Below, piece after piece: positions 56,401 through 64,000 of a stretch of 64,000 bases of DNA. Origin of the DNA: Planctomycetota bacterium (GTDB lineage: Bacteria; Planctomycetota; B15-G4); contig CBDFJQ010000002.1 of the NCBI GenBank assembly GCA_965248575.1, forward strand, positions 1,952,001 to 2,016,000, given 5' to 3'. Position numbers and translations under genes: made by a program. Below the pieces are notes generated by a model. The model made no database searches and was not told the DNA's origin. It saw only the letters and a list, made by a program, of their open reading frames with translations. Each line of letters begins with the position of its first letter. Position 1 is the first letter of the stretch.

Positions 56401-59400
56401 GCCAACGAACGGTAGATGGTGGATGTGCGATCCACGGCCAGCACGTGCAGCTGTCGGCCCGGGCCCAGATCGGCCAAGGGAACGCGCACCGCTCCGGCCT
56501 CGTCCGGGCGCAGGTTGGCTGTCAGCGCCGAAGGCGTCTGCATGAAGGAGAGGTCCGCGAAGCTGCCAGGGTTGGCCGAGACGCGGTCGAGGCCTGGGGA
56601 CGCGCTGAGGAAGGCTGACCCTCTGGCGCCCGCGCTGCCCCGCGCTCCAAACCCACCCCCACCGCCGCCTTGACCACCGATGAGCGTCTCGGCCTCCCGC
56701 AGATCCCACGGGTTGAGCAGCAGCGTCGGCCGCGCCAGCATGTTGCCGGGAAAGGTCGTGGCCAAACGGCGCTCCAGGATGTAGCGGGACTCGTCCGCGA
56801 TCTGCCGCCCTTCGTGATAGGTCGACAGGTTCGGGGAGAAACCCACCCCGCTCTCGCGCGTGGCGCCGTCCAGGAACAGGAAGCCGTAGGGATGGAAGCT
56901 TGGCAGGAAACGCGTCGCCACCACGTGCACCCGGGCATCCCGCCCGGCGTGGGCCAGCTGGACCACCAGTTCATCCCCTTCCATCGCCACCCTGCTGACC
57001 GCCAGCAGCTGCGTGTCATCCAAGGGCATGAGCTCGCCGCGACTCACGGACCAACCGTCCCGACCCACCCCTGCGGAAAGCAACACGTCCATGGTGCGAG
57101 CCGCGCTACGCCCCGGCTCCAACCAGGACAGGCGGTAGGTGCCCGGCGAAAGATCGCGCAACTCCAGGAAGGCCCCCGCCTGCACGATCTGCGACGTGCG
57201 GTTCACGGCGGGCGCCCCACGCCGCAACTCCATGAGTGAGACACCCGCCCCCGCTCGTGTGCCCTCGAAGGGCACACGCACGGCATCACCAGCCACCGCT
57301 CGCATCTGTGCCGGCAGGCTACGACGCCCCGGCACGAGCTCCCACACGGCGCTGGTCCCCGCGCCGCCGTTCAGGTCCACGGACACGATGCCCGGCAAGG
57401 CCCCCAGCTGGATCCGTCCGTCGGAGCCCGTCTTGAGTTGGGCCGTCCACTCCTCCTTGAAGTCCTGGTGCTTGAAGGAGACCCGCAACACCTGATCGGC
57501 CACGGGCTCGCCGTTGCGGCCCCGGTACTCCAGGACATAGCCGTCAGGGGTTGCCATGAGCAGGGCCGTGGACGACAGGCTCGTGCCGAGGATGCCGTTC
57601 AGGCGGAAGACGTCGACGCTGCTGACCAGCTGCAGCTCTTCGCCCTGGCTCAGGCTCTCCACCGTGCCGCGTACGCTGAGGGAGAGCGAGCGCAGGCCTT
57701 CAGGCACGCGCAGCTCATGCACGAACTCCGCATCGCTGCTGAGTTCCAGCTCCGTGACCTCGCTGCTCGAGGCCACGCCCTGTTCCGTCACGGCGGTCAG
57801 GCTCAGGACCGGGTCGTTGAGCAGCTCCAGGCTTGCGGGGCGGCCGTTCACCGTCAGGCGGGTCCGCACCAGCAGCCGGGCCGTGGCCCCGGGCAAGAGG
57901 TTCTCCCTGTCCACCCAGGCCGAGACGTCCAGCGCGTACTGCTCGCTGGCATGCTCGAAGGGGCGCAGCGATACGCGCTCGCCGTCCCGCAACACGAGCT
58001 GCTTGCGGCCGGCATCGGTGGAGTAGGGCACGACGACTTCGCCCTGCTCGTTGGCGCGGTACTCGTGGCCCCCGAAGTAGATCGAGGCCTGCGGTGAGCG
58101 CCGCCCCACTTCGTCGTAGACCTGGAACACATGCCCGGCGGCGCCCAGTCGTTCCGTGGCCCGCAGCGCACCCTTGCGGACGATGGCGCGGCTCGACAGC
58201 CCGTTGCCGATCAACTCGATCACCCAGGTGCCCGGGCGGTTCAGTTCGGGGAAGTCGAAGCGTCGCTCCACGCGCCGCAAGGCAGGTACATCGATGCGCG
58301 TCCTCGACTCCCGGTGCGCCACCAAGCCATCCAGCTCCAGGTCCGCGCCCACCTGCTTGCCCTGCTCGAGGGCGACCTTGAAGCTGTCCACCTCGAACAC
58401 CTTCACCAGCAGGGTGCCGACATTCTTGAGGGAGACGTCCAGGAAGACGGCCGCGTCCACGGCGAACTGTTCGGGCTGGCTGGGGGCGAACTCGATCTCC
58501 ACACGTTGCTTGAGTGCCTCATAGCCCGCCGGATCGTCGAGCATCGAGTACCAGCGCTCCATGTCCCCCAGGCCGTAGAGGATCTTCGTCTCCGCAAACA
58601 CCCGGCGCAGGATCTCGCTGCGCAGATAGGGTTCGTAGGCCGTGTAGTTCGTGGCCGTCCTGAAGTCGTGCTCGAGCAGGATGCGCACGAGGGACTCGTC
58701 GTTGCTGACGTTGGGCAAGGCCGTGGCGTAGGACTCGTTGAGCGAGATCAGCTCACTGCTGGCCGGGCGACGCTTGAGGTACTCGGGTTCAACCCATGAG
58801 CCAAGCCGATAGAGCGCCAGATAGTCCTGAAAGCGGTCCATGTCGTGCACGCCCTGGGCGAGCTCGAAGGCCAGCCGGTGGTAGAGCACGTGCGCCAACA
58901 GGCTGCTGCGCGAGGCAGGCAGGCGCCGGGCAAAGCTCTCCAGGCGGTCGAGGTACGCACGTTTGGCGCCCCGATCATGCTCCCAGTCCAGGTGCTCCGG
59001 CGGGCTCAGGCGCCGGACATACTCGGTGATGAAACTCATCTCGCTCAGCAAGGACGGCCGGCGCGCGGCACAGTCGTCGAGCTGGGAGATGGTCAGCAGC
59101 TGATGCACGTTCAAGCTGCCGAAGCCGCGGCTCTGCTTGCTCTCGAGATTGCGCACGATCAGGGCTGGAAGCTCGGGGGCATCTGCCGTAGGCAGGGAGC
59201 TCAGCAGGCTCATCAACTGGCGATCGTTCAGCTGGACGATTCCCGTCCCGCTGCGCCTCGACGCGAGGAAGCGTGCGAGGCCGCGCGCTTCGAAGCCCGC
59301 CAAGCCATCGCCTTGCCGGTTCAGGGCGCGGGTCGCCAAGGCGTCCCACGTCAACTGGGAGGCGTCCACGCGCGACGGCAAGTCGGGCACTGCACCTGGC

Positions 59401-59807
59401 AACTCCCGCTGGTGGTCAAGGCGCACACCCAGCTCGCGCATCAGGTAGGCGTAGCTCTGGTTCGGGTCCGCGGAGATGTTCAACAGAGCCTGGCGCCGCT
59501 CCATCTCACGCCACTCCTGGGTCCGGCCGTGGCGTTGTTCCCACTGCTTGAGGACGGCCGGGACCTTGTTCAGGTCCCCGGCGTGCTGCAGGGCCAGGCA
59601 GCTGTAGCGATAGGCCTCCGGGGTCCCGGGGATCAGCTGGCTCAGGGTGCTGGAACGATCGGTGGCCAGGGCGAACTGCTCCTCGAAGCCGATCACGGTG
59701 CCCTGCCCGACCGCGCCCTGCACCAGCAGCAGGGGAAGGGCGAGCCAACTGACGCCGCTCCGCATGCGACTGCCGCACTCCATCAAGATCGAAACAAGGG
59801 CGCGCAT
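53448..59807 (-). CDS. Very large exported hypothetical protein (2119 aa)
   Basis: Signal-like N-terminus, then GFEEQFALA; helical and Ig/MG-like segments; C-terminal YVKVYAR..FHKDGYTDLRGRFDY. Confidence 0.85.
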   Translation of the reverse strand: MRALVSILMECGSRMRSGVSWLALPLLLVQGAVGQGTVIGFEEQFALATDRSSTLSQLIPGTPEAYRYSCLALQHAGDLNKVPAVLKQWEQRHGRTQEWREMERRQALLNISADPNQSYAYLMRELGVRLDHQRELPGAVPDLPSRVDASQLTWDALATRALNRQGDGLAGFEARGLARFLASRRSGTGIVQLNDRQLMSLLSSLPTADAPELPALIVRNLESKQSRGFGSLNVHQLLTISQLDDCAARRPSLLSEMSFITEYVRRLSPPEHLDWEHDRGAKRAYLDRLESFARRLPASRSSLLAHVLYHRLAFELAQGVHDMDRFQDYLALYRLGSWVEPEYLKRRPASSELISLNESYATALPNVSNDESLVRILLEHDFRTATNYTAYEPYLRSEILRRVFAETKILYGLGDMERWYSMLDDPAGYEALKQRVEIEFAPSQPEQFAVDAAVFLDVSLKNVGTLLVKVFEVDSFKVALEQGKQVGADLELDGLVAHRESRTRIDVPALRRVERRFDFPELNRPGTWVIELIGNGLSSRAIVRKGALRATERLGAAGHVFQVYDEVGRRSPQASIYFGGHEYRANEQGEVVVPYSTDAGRKQLVLRDGERVSLRPFEHASEQYALDVSAWVDRENLLPGATARLLVRTRLTVNGRPASLELLNDPVLSLTAVTEQGVASSSEVTELELSSDAEFVHELRVPEGLRSLSLSVRGTVESLSQGEELQLVSSVDVFRLNGILGTSLSSTALLMATPDGYVLEYRGRNGEPVADQVLRVSFKHQDFKEEWTAQLKTGSDGRIQLGALPGIVSVDLNGGAGTSAVWELVPGRRSLPAQMRAVAGDAVRVPFEGTRAGAGVSLMELRRGAPAVNRTSQIVQAGAFLELRDLSPGTYRLSWLEPGRSAARTMDVLLSAGVGRDGWSVSRGELMPLDDTQLLAVSRVAMEGDELVVQLAHAGRDARVHVVATRFLPSFHPYGFLFLDGATRESGVGFSPNLSTYHEGRQIADESRYILERRLATTFPGNMLARPTLLLNPWDLREAETLIGGQGGGGGGFGARGSAGARGSAFLSASPGLDRVSANPGSFADLSFMQTPSALTANLRPDEAGAVRVPLADLGPGRQLHVLAVDRTSTIYRSLAVEDTALATRDLRLARALPSDTHMSEQRVLEFVPAGTGIVVEDVGTSQVELYDSLGSVFRLYSTLDESGSLESWRFLTGWNALAREEKLAHYDEFACHELHIFLHQKDRDFFDATVRPYLANKLVKTFLDHWLLEQDLTPYLEPYAFAQLNVLEQVLLARRLPEQAAGVARRVAELLELVAPDTAQERRLFEMALAGSALDSDDAFAEAFEDAKQVAQESAADSARAGALTGRSRKMSAAEAPSAQPKDDDMEALRSLGYNGGSAGDEEERDAALRYSSRALYRNVGNARAYAEHNYWRRRAHEHTSDLLMPNGFWLDFAQADGGAAFVSTHLAQASRHVNEMLLALAVTDLPFEAEEPGLETEGARMTITPAGAALVVRKELRQAPPSEVTTPLLVGQEIFRADQRYRFEGHQRRELYVRGELLKGVVYGSQVVVSNPTSEPRQLELLIQIPAGALPVAGSLKTRGLDVELPPLGSTKRDVYFYFPEPGVFEMYPAHVSREGEFVAAAEPRRLQVVAEPTTVDDTSWEHVSQSGTLDQVLVFLEASNSERLDLSRIAWRMKDRSVFQRVLKTLRARHRFDRSLWAYALQHRDAQAMRELLEMDAPFLGQCGPFLASPLLDIDPVQRRLYEHIEFDPLVNERAHRFGAERRILNADFAQQYEAYLRVLTYKPQLNDADWLDVTYALLLQDRVEQAQQAFSRVRRDAVDGRMQYDYAAAYLDFFTPEHAFARGLAEPYRDHPVPRWRHRFQEVLRQLDEADGLLAAAGSETDAGDPNSSGDPDRTQLMTALADSEASLELEVEAGQVLLRHAQLDQVEVGFYVMDIEFLFSSNPFVQAGGETFAAIRPNQQRQVQLDPQAGETRFSLPPALASSNVLVEVRGAGLVRRQAHYANNMVVQMIESYGQLKVTSAEGGEPLSRVYVKVYARAPGGSIRFHKDGYTDLRGRFDYVSHSGTGLGSVEAYGVLILSEQHGAVIREVAPPAE

Positions 59808-60146
59808 GAGAAGACTCCAGGTCGGGGGTGATCTTGGCCAAAGGCCGGGGACACGCGCCTCAGCATGCCCCCGGCCACAGCCTCATCCAATGGCATGCCA
59901 GCAGAGACGTACGGCATCGCCATTCCTTAGTTTGATCGAGGCTCATCCATGAAGACAGACGTAAGACGACCCCCAAGCAGGACGCCCTGTCAGGATTGAG
60001 GGGTGCCTAGGCCATGGGCAACGAAGCCAAGCTCTTCGTGCTCGACGGCCGGGGAAATGACTGGCTAGAGGGCCGCTACAACCCGCGCAGCGGGGATGTT
60101 CGCCTCTAGTGGGGCAAGCGCAGCTCGCAGGGCGTCAGTAGAACCG

Positions 60147-61406
60147 CTAGTCCACGGCCCCCGGAAACAACTCGTTCAAGGAGCGCTGCAGCGCATCCTC
60201 GTCGTAGTTGTTGGACAGCAACTCTCCGAAGCTGCAGTTCATGAACTGCATGTCCTCGGAACCCGCCATGCGATTGGGCGTCATGTTCTCGAAGCGGCAG
60301 CCCACGAAGAGGCCCTCGTCCACGCTGTGGAACTCCGGGTCGACCAGATCGAAGAGCACATTGGTGAAGCGCAGGGCGTAGGTCGGCGAACCGGCCGTGC
60401 TGACCAACTGCCCGTGCCCCGGGTTCTTGCCGAAGCCACCCAAGATCTCTGAGTCGCGCATGGCCAGCACCACGCCGTCGTCCCCGGTAAACAGCTGGCA
60501 ACCTCCGTGCCCCGCGTCGAAGCGCACCAGCCGCACCCGCGCGACGTCGAGCGAGGCGTTGCCGCTGCGCAGGTCGAACAGCCCGTCGTTGTCACAATCG
60601 ATGGTCATGTCGCGCAGGGTCAGGCGCTCCACATCGCTGCGGATGCTGATGTCCGACAGCCGCAGCAGGGTCGAGTTCATCCCCGCGCCCTCGATCGTGA
60701 CATCCGAGGGGAAGGCCTCCCCCGACGGACCGCGCAGGCGGCGCTCGTCGAGGCTGTGGATCCCCGGCGGAAAACTGATCACCAGCCCTTCCGTCACCGG
60801 CTCCTTGCTCGTAGCGAAGAGCGTTCCATCCGCGCTCGAGGCCTGGGAACGATTGCGCACGAAGCTGTCGAGGAACGCGCCCTCCAACGTGAAGTCCTCA
60901 GCCTCCTGGGCCACCCCGCTCTTCAGTGCTGCGAGAAAGGCGTTCAGCGCCCCGGCCTGCACCGCCTCGGCTTGCTCCAGGGCCGCCTGGGCAGCCTCCA
61001 GCTCGTTGAGCACCCACAGGGCGATCCTGCCAGGCAACGCCCGGACGTTCTGCTCGAAGCGCTCTCGGAAAGCCGGCAGCTCGGCCTGGATCGCGTCGGC
61101 GGACTGACCTGCGTCGGCCCGCGCCGAGCGATAGGCCCCCTCGGCGAAAGCGAACAGGCGCTCTGAGATGAGGCCGTCCGCCGAAGACTCCAAGGCCTCG
61201 GGCCGATCCCGTTGGACCACAGGGACCTCCACCAGCTGCGTTCGCGCGCGCTGCTCGAGTTCTTGGTCCGTCTCCATGTGGGCGCTGCCGGCACCCGAGC
61301 CCGCCTCCGCCCCTTGCTCGCCCCCGTCCAACCAGTGAGACCCAAAGCCGATGCCCAGCCCCAGGGCGAGCCCCGCAAGTAAGATGGCCAGCATGCGCCC
61401 CGTCAT
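60147..61406 (-). CDS. Membrane-anchored protein with C-terminal beta-helix (pectin-lyase-like)
   Basis: N-terminal TM; ISFPPG, VTIEGAGMNSTLL, LTLRDMTID. Confidence 0.65.
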   Translation of the reverse strand: MTGRMLAILLAGLALGLGIGFGSHWLDGGEQGAEAGSGAGSAHMETDQELEQRARTQLVEVPVVQRDRPEALESSADGLISERLFAFAEGAYRSARADAGQSADAIQAELPAFRERFEQNVRALPGRIALWVLNELEAAQAALEQAEAVQAGALNAFLAALKSGVAQEAEDFTLEGAFLDSFVRNRSQASSADGTLFATSKEPVTEGLVISFPPGIHSLDERRLRGPSGEAFPSDVTIEGAGMNSTLLRLSDISIRSDVERLTLRDMTIDCDNDGLFDLRSGNASLDVARVRLVRFDAGHGGCQLFTGDDGVVLAMRDSEILGGFGKNPGHGQLVSTAGSPTYALRFTNVLFDLVDPEFHSVDEGLFVGCRFENMTPNRMAGSEDMQFMNCSFGELLSNNYDEDALQRSLNELFPGAVD

Positions 61407-61562
61407 GATTTGCTCCTCGACTAGCACGGGGCCGTCCATTGACCGCCCATCGCAAGGAGTCTATCCCACCAGCTCCCTGTCCCCAGCCACACGGCTCGGT
61501 ACACTCCCCGGCCAACACGCTCCGGGCCGCATGCCTCACCCTCCTTCCGAGAGACCCACCCG

Positions 61563-62912
61563 ATGCCGCAGTTCGAACACGTGCAGATCCCTGAAGGTGA
61601 CCTGATCCGCAACGAGAACGGACACCCCGTGGTGGGCGCACGCCCGATCATCGGCTTGCTCCAAGGGGACGGCATCGGCGCGGACATCACGCCCGTCATG
61701 CAAGCCGTGGTGGACACGGCCGTGCGCAGCGCCTACGGCGACGAGCGCGCCATCGCCTGGTGCCCGGTCTATGCGGGCCTCCAAGCGCTCCAGCGCTACG
61801 GCAACGAGCTGCCGGAGGAGACCTTCGACGTCATCCGCCACCTGGGCGTTGCCATCAAAGGCCCGTTCACCACCCCGATCGGCGACGAAAAATTCGTTTG
61901 CCTGCACTGTGCCCACCAACAGGACACCGACGACAGCTGCGGCGAGTGCTCCCAGACGGACGGCCTCACGCCCCGTTACCGCAGCATCAATGTGCGCCTG
62001 CGCCAACACCTCGACCTCTACGCCTGCGTGCGCCCCGTGCGCTACTTCGACGGCGTCCCCGCGCCCAACAAATACGCCGACCAGGTCGACTTCGTGATCT
62101 TCCGCGAGAACACCGAAGACGTGTACGCGGGCTTCGACTTCGAGCGGGACAGCGAGACCGCCAAGGCGGTCATCGCCCTGATGAAGGAGCAAACGGGGCG
62201 CGACATCCGACCCGACAGCGGCATCGGCATCAAGCCCATCAGCGAGACGGGCAGCAAGCGCCTGGTGCGCAAGGCCATGGCCTGGGCCGAGGCCAGGGGC
62301 CTGCCTTCGGTCACGCTCGTGCACAAGGGCAACATCATGAAGTTCACCGAGGGGGCCTTCGCCGCCTGGGGCTACGAGCTGGCCGCCGAGGAGTTCGGCC
62401 ACTGCAGCCTGTCCGAGAAGCAGCTCTGGGATGAGCACGGGGGCAAGCAACCGGAAGGCAAGATCCTGGTGAAGGACCGCATCGCCGATTCCATCTTCCA
62501 GCAGATCCAGACCCGGCCCGGCGAGTACAGCGTGCTGGCCCTGCCGAACCTCAATGGCGACTACATCTCGGACGCCGCCATCGCCCTGGTGGGCGGCCTG
62601 GGCCTCGGCCCGGGGGCCAACATCGGCGACGAAGCCGCGGTCTTCGAGGCCACCCACGGCACCGCCCCCAAGTACACCGGCCAGGACAAGGTCAACCCGG
62701 GCTCCCTGATCCTGTCTGCCGTGATGATGCTCGAGCACATGGGTTGGATCGAGCCCGCCCAACTCATCGTCGCCGGCATGCAGAACGCCATCTCGGATGG
62801 CCAGGTCACCTACGACCTGGCCCGCCTCATGCGTGCCGAGGGCCGCGAGGGCGTGAACGAGCTCTCTTGCTCGGGCTTCGGCGAGGCCATCATCGAGCGC
62901 ATGAAGTCCTGA
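61563..62912 (+). CDS. icd: Isocitrate dehydrogenase (homodimeric, NADP-type) with Cys-rich insertion
   Basis: GDGIG, IKGP.TTP, RSINV.LRQ, FRENTED.Y, VHKGNIMK.TEG, NLNGDYISD, EATHGTAPKY. Confidence 0.96.
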   Translation: MPQFEHVQIPEGDLIRNENGHPVVGARPIIGLLQGDGIGADITPVMQAVVDTAVRSAYGDERAIAWCPVYAGLQALQRYGNELPEETFDVIRHLGVAIKGPFTTPIGDEKFVCLHCAHQQDTDDSCGECSQTDGLTPRYRSINVRLRQHLDLYACVRPVRYFDGVPAPNKYADQVDFVIFRENTEDVYAGFDFERDSETAKAVIALMKEQTGRDIRPDSGIGIKPISETGSKRLVRKAMAWAEARGLPSVTLVHKGNIMKFTEGAFAAWGYELAAEEFGHCSLSEKQLWDEHGGKQPEGKILVKDRIADSIFQQIQTRPGEYSVLALPNLNGDYISDAAIALVGGLGLGPGANIGDEAAVFEATHGTAPKYTGQDKVNPGSLILSAVMMLEHMGWIEPAQLIVAGMQNAISDGQVTYDLARLMRAEGREGVNELSCSGFGEAIIERMKS

Positions 62913-63027
62913 GGCGCTCGCTGCTGGCCTGCTGCAGCTCCATGACCCACAATGCCCGTCCTGGACCAACCGGGACCAACCGGCGCGCGCTGCCACAGCG
63001 CGACGGGTCACCTCGTAGCTGCCCACC

Positions 63028-64000
63028 ATGCCTTCTCCCCACGACCTCGCCGCGGACGCTGCCCCTCGCCCAGACCAGGGCGGGGCCGCCTCAGTCCACG
63101 GGGCCGCCTCAGTCCACGGGGCCGCTTCAGTCCACGGGGCCGCTGCTGCCCAGGGTTCCGGCGGACCAGGAGTCCAGCGAACTCCAGCCGGGCAGGGCCC
63201 GACAGCCAGCCCAGCCTTCGCACTGGCCGACGGCCTGCGCATGGGCGACCTGGAGGACAGCCTGGCCGCCCGTTTCGGCATCCGGGCGGTGGAGCTCCTG
63301 CCCCAGTGCCGGGTGTCGTGGGACAGCTTCGATGGGCGCGTGCGTCGCAGCGGGGCGAGCCTCACGACCCACGTAGATGGTGGAGGCACGCACCTCCAAT
63401 GGCTGGGCCCGCAGGGAGCCCTGGAGCTGAGCGTCCGCGGGCGCAAGCCCCTGGGCCTCGCGCGTGACTTGCCACCTGGCGATCTGCGGGACGCGGCCAG
63501 CCCCTGCCTTGGCGCTCGCAAGCTCGTTCCGCAAGTGGAGTTGGCCGTCCGCCGACTCTGCCTCGAGCTGTTGGACGACGAAGAGAAAGTGGTCGCCAGG
63601 GTGCACGTGGAGCAGACCACGGCGCGCGAGGCGGATCCCGACATGAAGCGCCTGCCCGCTGCGGACGAGGTAGACCCTGGGCTCTCGGGTTGGTTGCAGC
63701 TTCCCACCCTCGTGAAGCTCACAGGCCTGCGCGGCTATGGCGACCACGAAGCAGCCGCACTCGCCATGCTGCACGCCATGCCAGGCGCCCGGCCCACGCA
63801 AAGTGACGCCCAGAGCATGGCCCTCGCATCCCTCGGCCTGAGCGCACGCCACAACCCCACGGTGCTCACCGCCGATCTCAAGCCGCATGTGCGAGCGGAC
63901 GTCGGCGCGCGACGTCTCCACAGTTCGCTGCTCGACATGCTGTTGGCCCACGAGGCGGGCGTGCTGGAGGGAGCAGACACAGAGTTCCTGCACGACTTCC
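63028..64000 (+). CDS. CHAD-domain protein (3'-truncated; not in the ORF track)
   Basis: Frame open from ATG 63028; WDSFDGR, LLDDEEK, LRGYG; ends EAGVLEGADTEFLHDF, the start of a CHAD domain. Confidence 0.8.
   Translation, partial: MPSPHDLAADAAPRPDQGGAASVHGAASVHGAASVHGAAAAQGSGGPGVQRTPAGQGPTASPAFALADGLRMGDLEDSLAARFGIRAVELLPQCRVSWDSFDGRVRRSGASLTTHVDGGGTHLQWLGPQGALELSVRGRKPLGLARDLPPGDLRDAASPCLGARKLVPQVELAVRRLCLELLDDEEKVVARVHVEQTTAREADPDMKRLPAADEVDPGLSGWLQLPTLVKLTGLRGYGDHEAAALAMLHAMPGARPTQSDAQSMALASLGLSARHNPTVLTADLKPHVRADVGARRLHSSLLDMLLAHEAGVLEGADTEFLHDF
63081..63143 (+). repeat. 18-bp in-frame tandem repeat, about 3.5 copies
   Basis: GGGGCCGC(C/T)TCAGTCCAC x3 plus GGGGCCGC; encodes GAASVH repeats. 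Confidence 0.95.

Noticed and set aside
60014..60109. 31-aa ORF MGNEAKLFVLDGRGNDWLEGRYNPRSGDVRL
   Set aside because: Too short, with no recognisable family; cannot be told from chance without a homology search
61536..63722. 728-aa minus-strand ORF containing AAPWTE repeats
   Set aside because: Antisense to icd and the CHAD gene; the repeats are the same 18-bp VNTR read backwards
1..64000. rRNA, tRNA, transposase or prophage genes
   Set aside because: No recognisable signatures by eye; tRNAscan-SE/Infernal would be needed to exclude small RNAs

Overview
High-GC bacterial chromosomal window, probably Planctomycetota (inferred from the gene families present, not from a marker gene). The main accessory feature is a ~12 kb integron cassette array at about 28.4-40.45 kb. 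It holds 21 short minus-strand ORFs separated by 20 recognisable attC sites plus a half site. The sites are intact at the right end and decay leftwards, and a candidate attI sits at 40427-40448. No integron integrase is present in the window, so this is a CALIN. The dominant 67-bp attC family has an unusually long R'-L' spacer. Downstream is a co-oriented tail of cassette-like genes without attC, including an AAC(6')-I-like gene. Other content: a divergent cbb3-type (C-family) oxidase operon with no canonical ccoP; a Tat-exported PaoABC-like molybdo-flavoenzyme; glpD/glpQ beside a frameshifted phoU remnant; an ECF sigma/anti-sigma/secretin-like trio; several secreted peptidases; a 2119-aa exported protein; a CHAD protein; and an isocitrate dehydrogenase with a CxxC-x9-CxxC insertion just before the Ser113-equivalent residue. 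No rRNA, tRNA or CRISPR array was seen. All calls come from reading motifs by eye; no searches were run.
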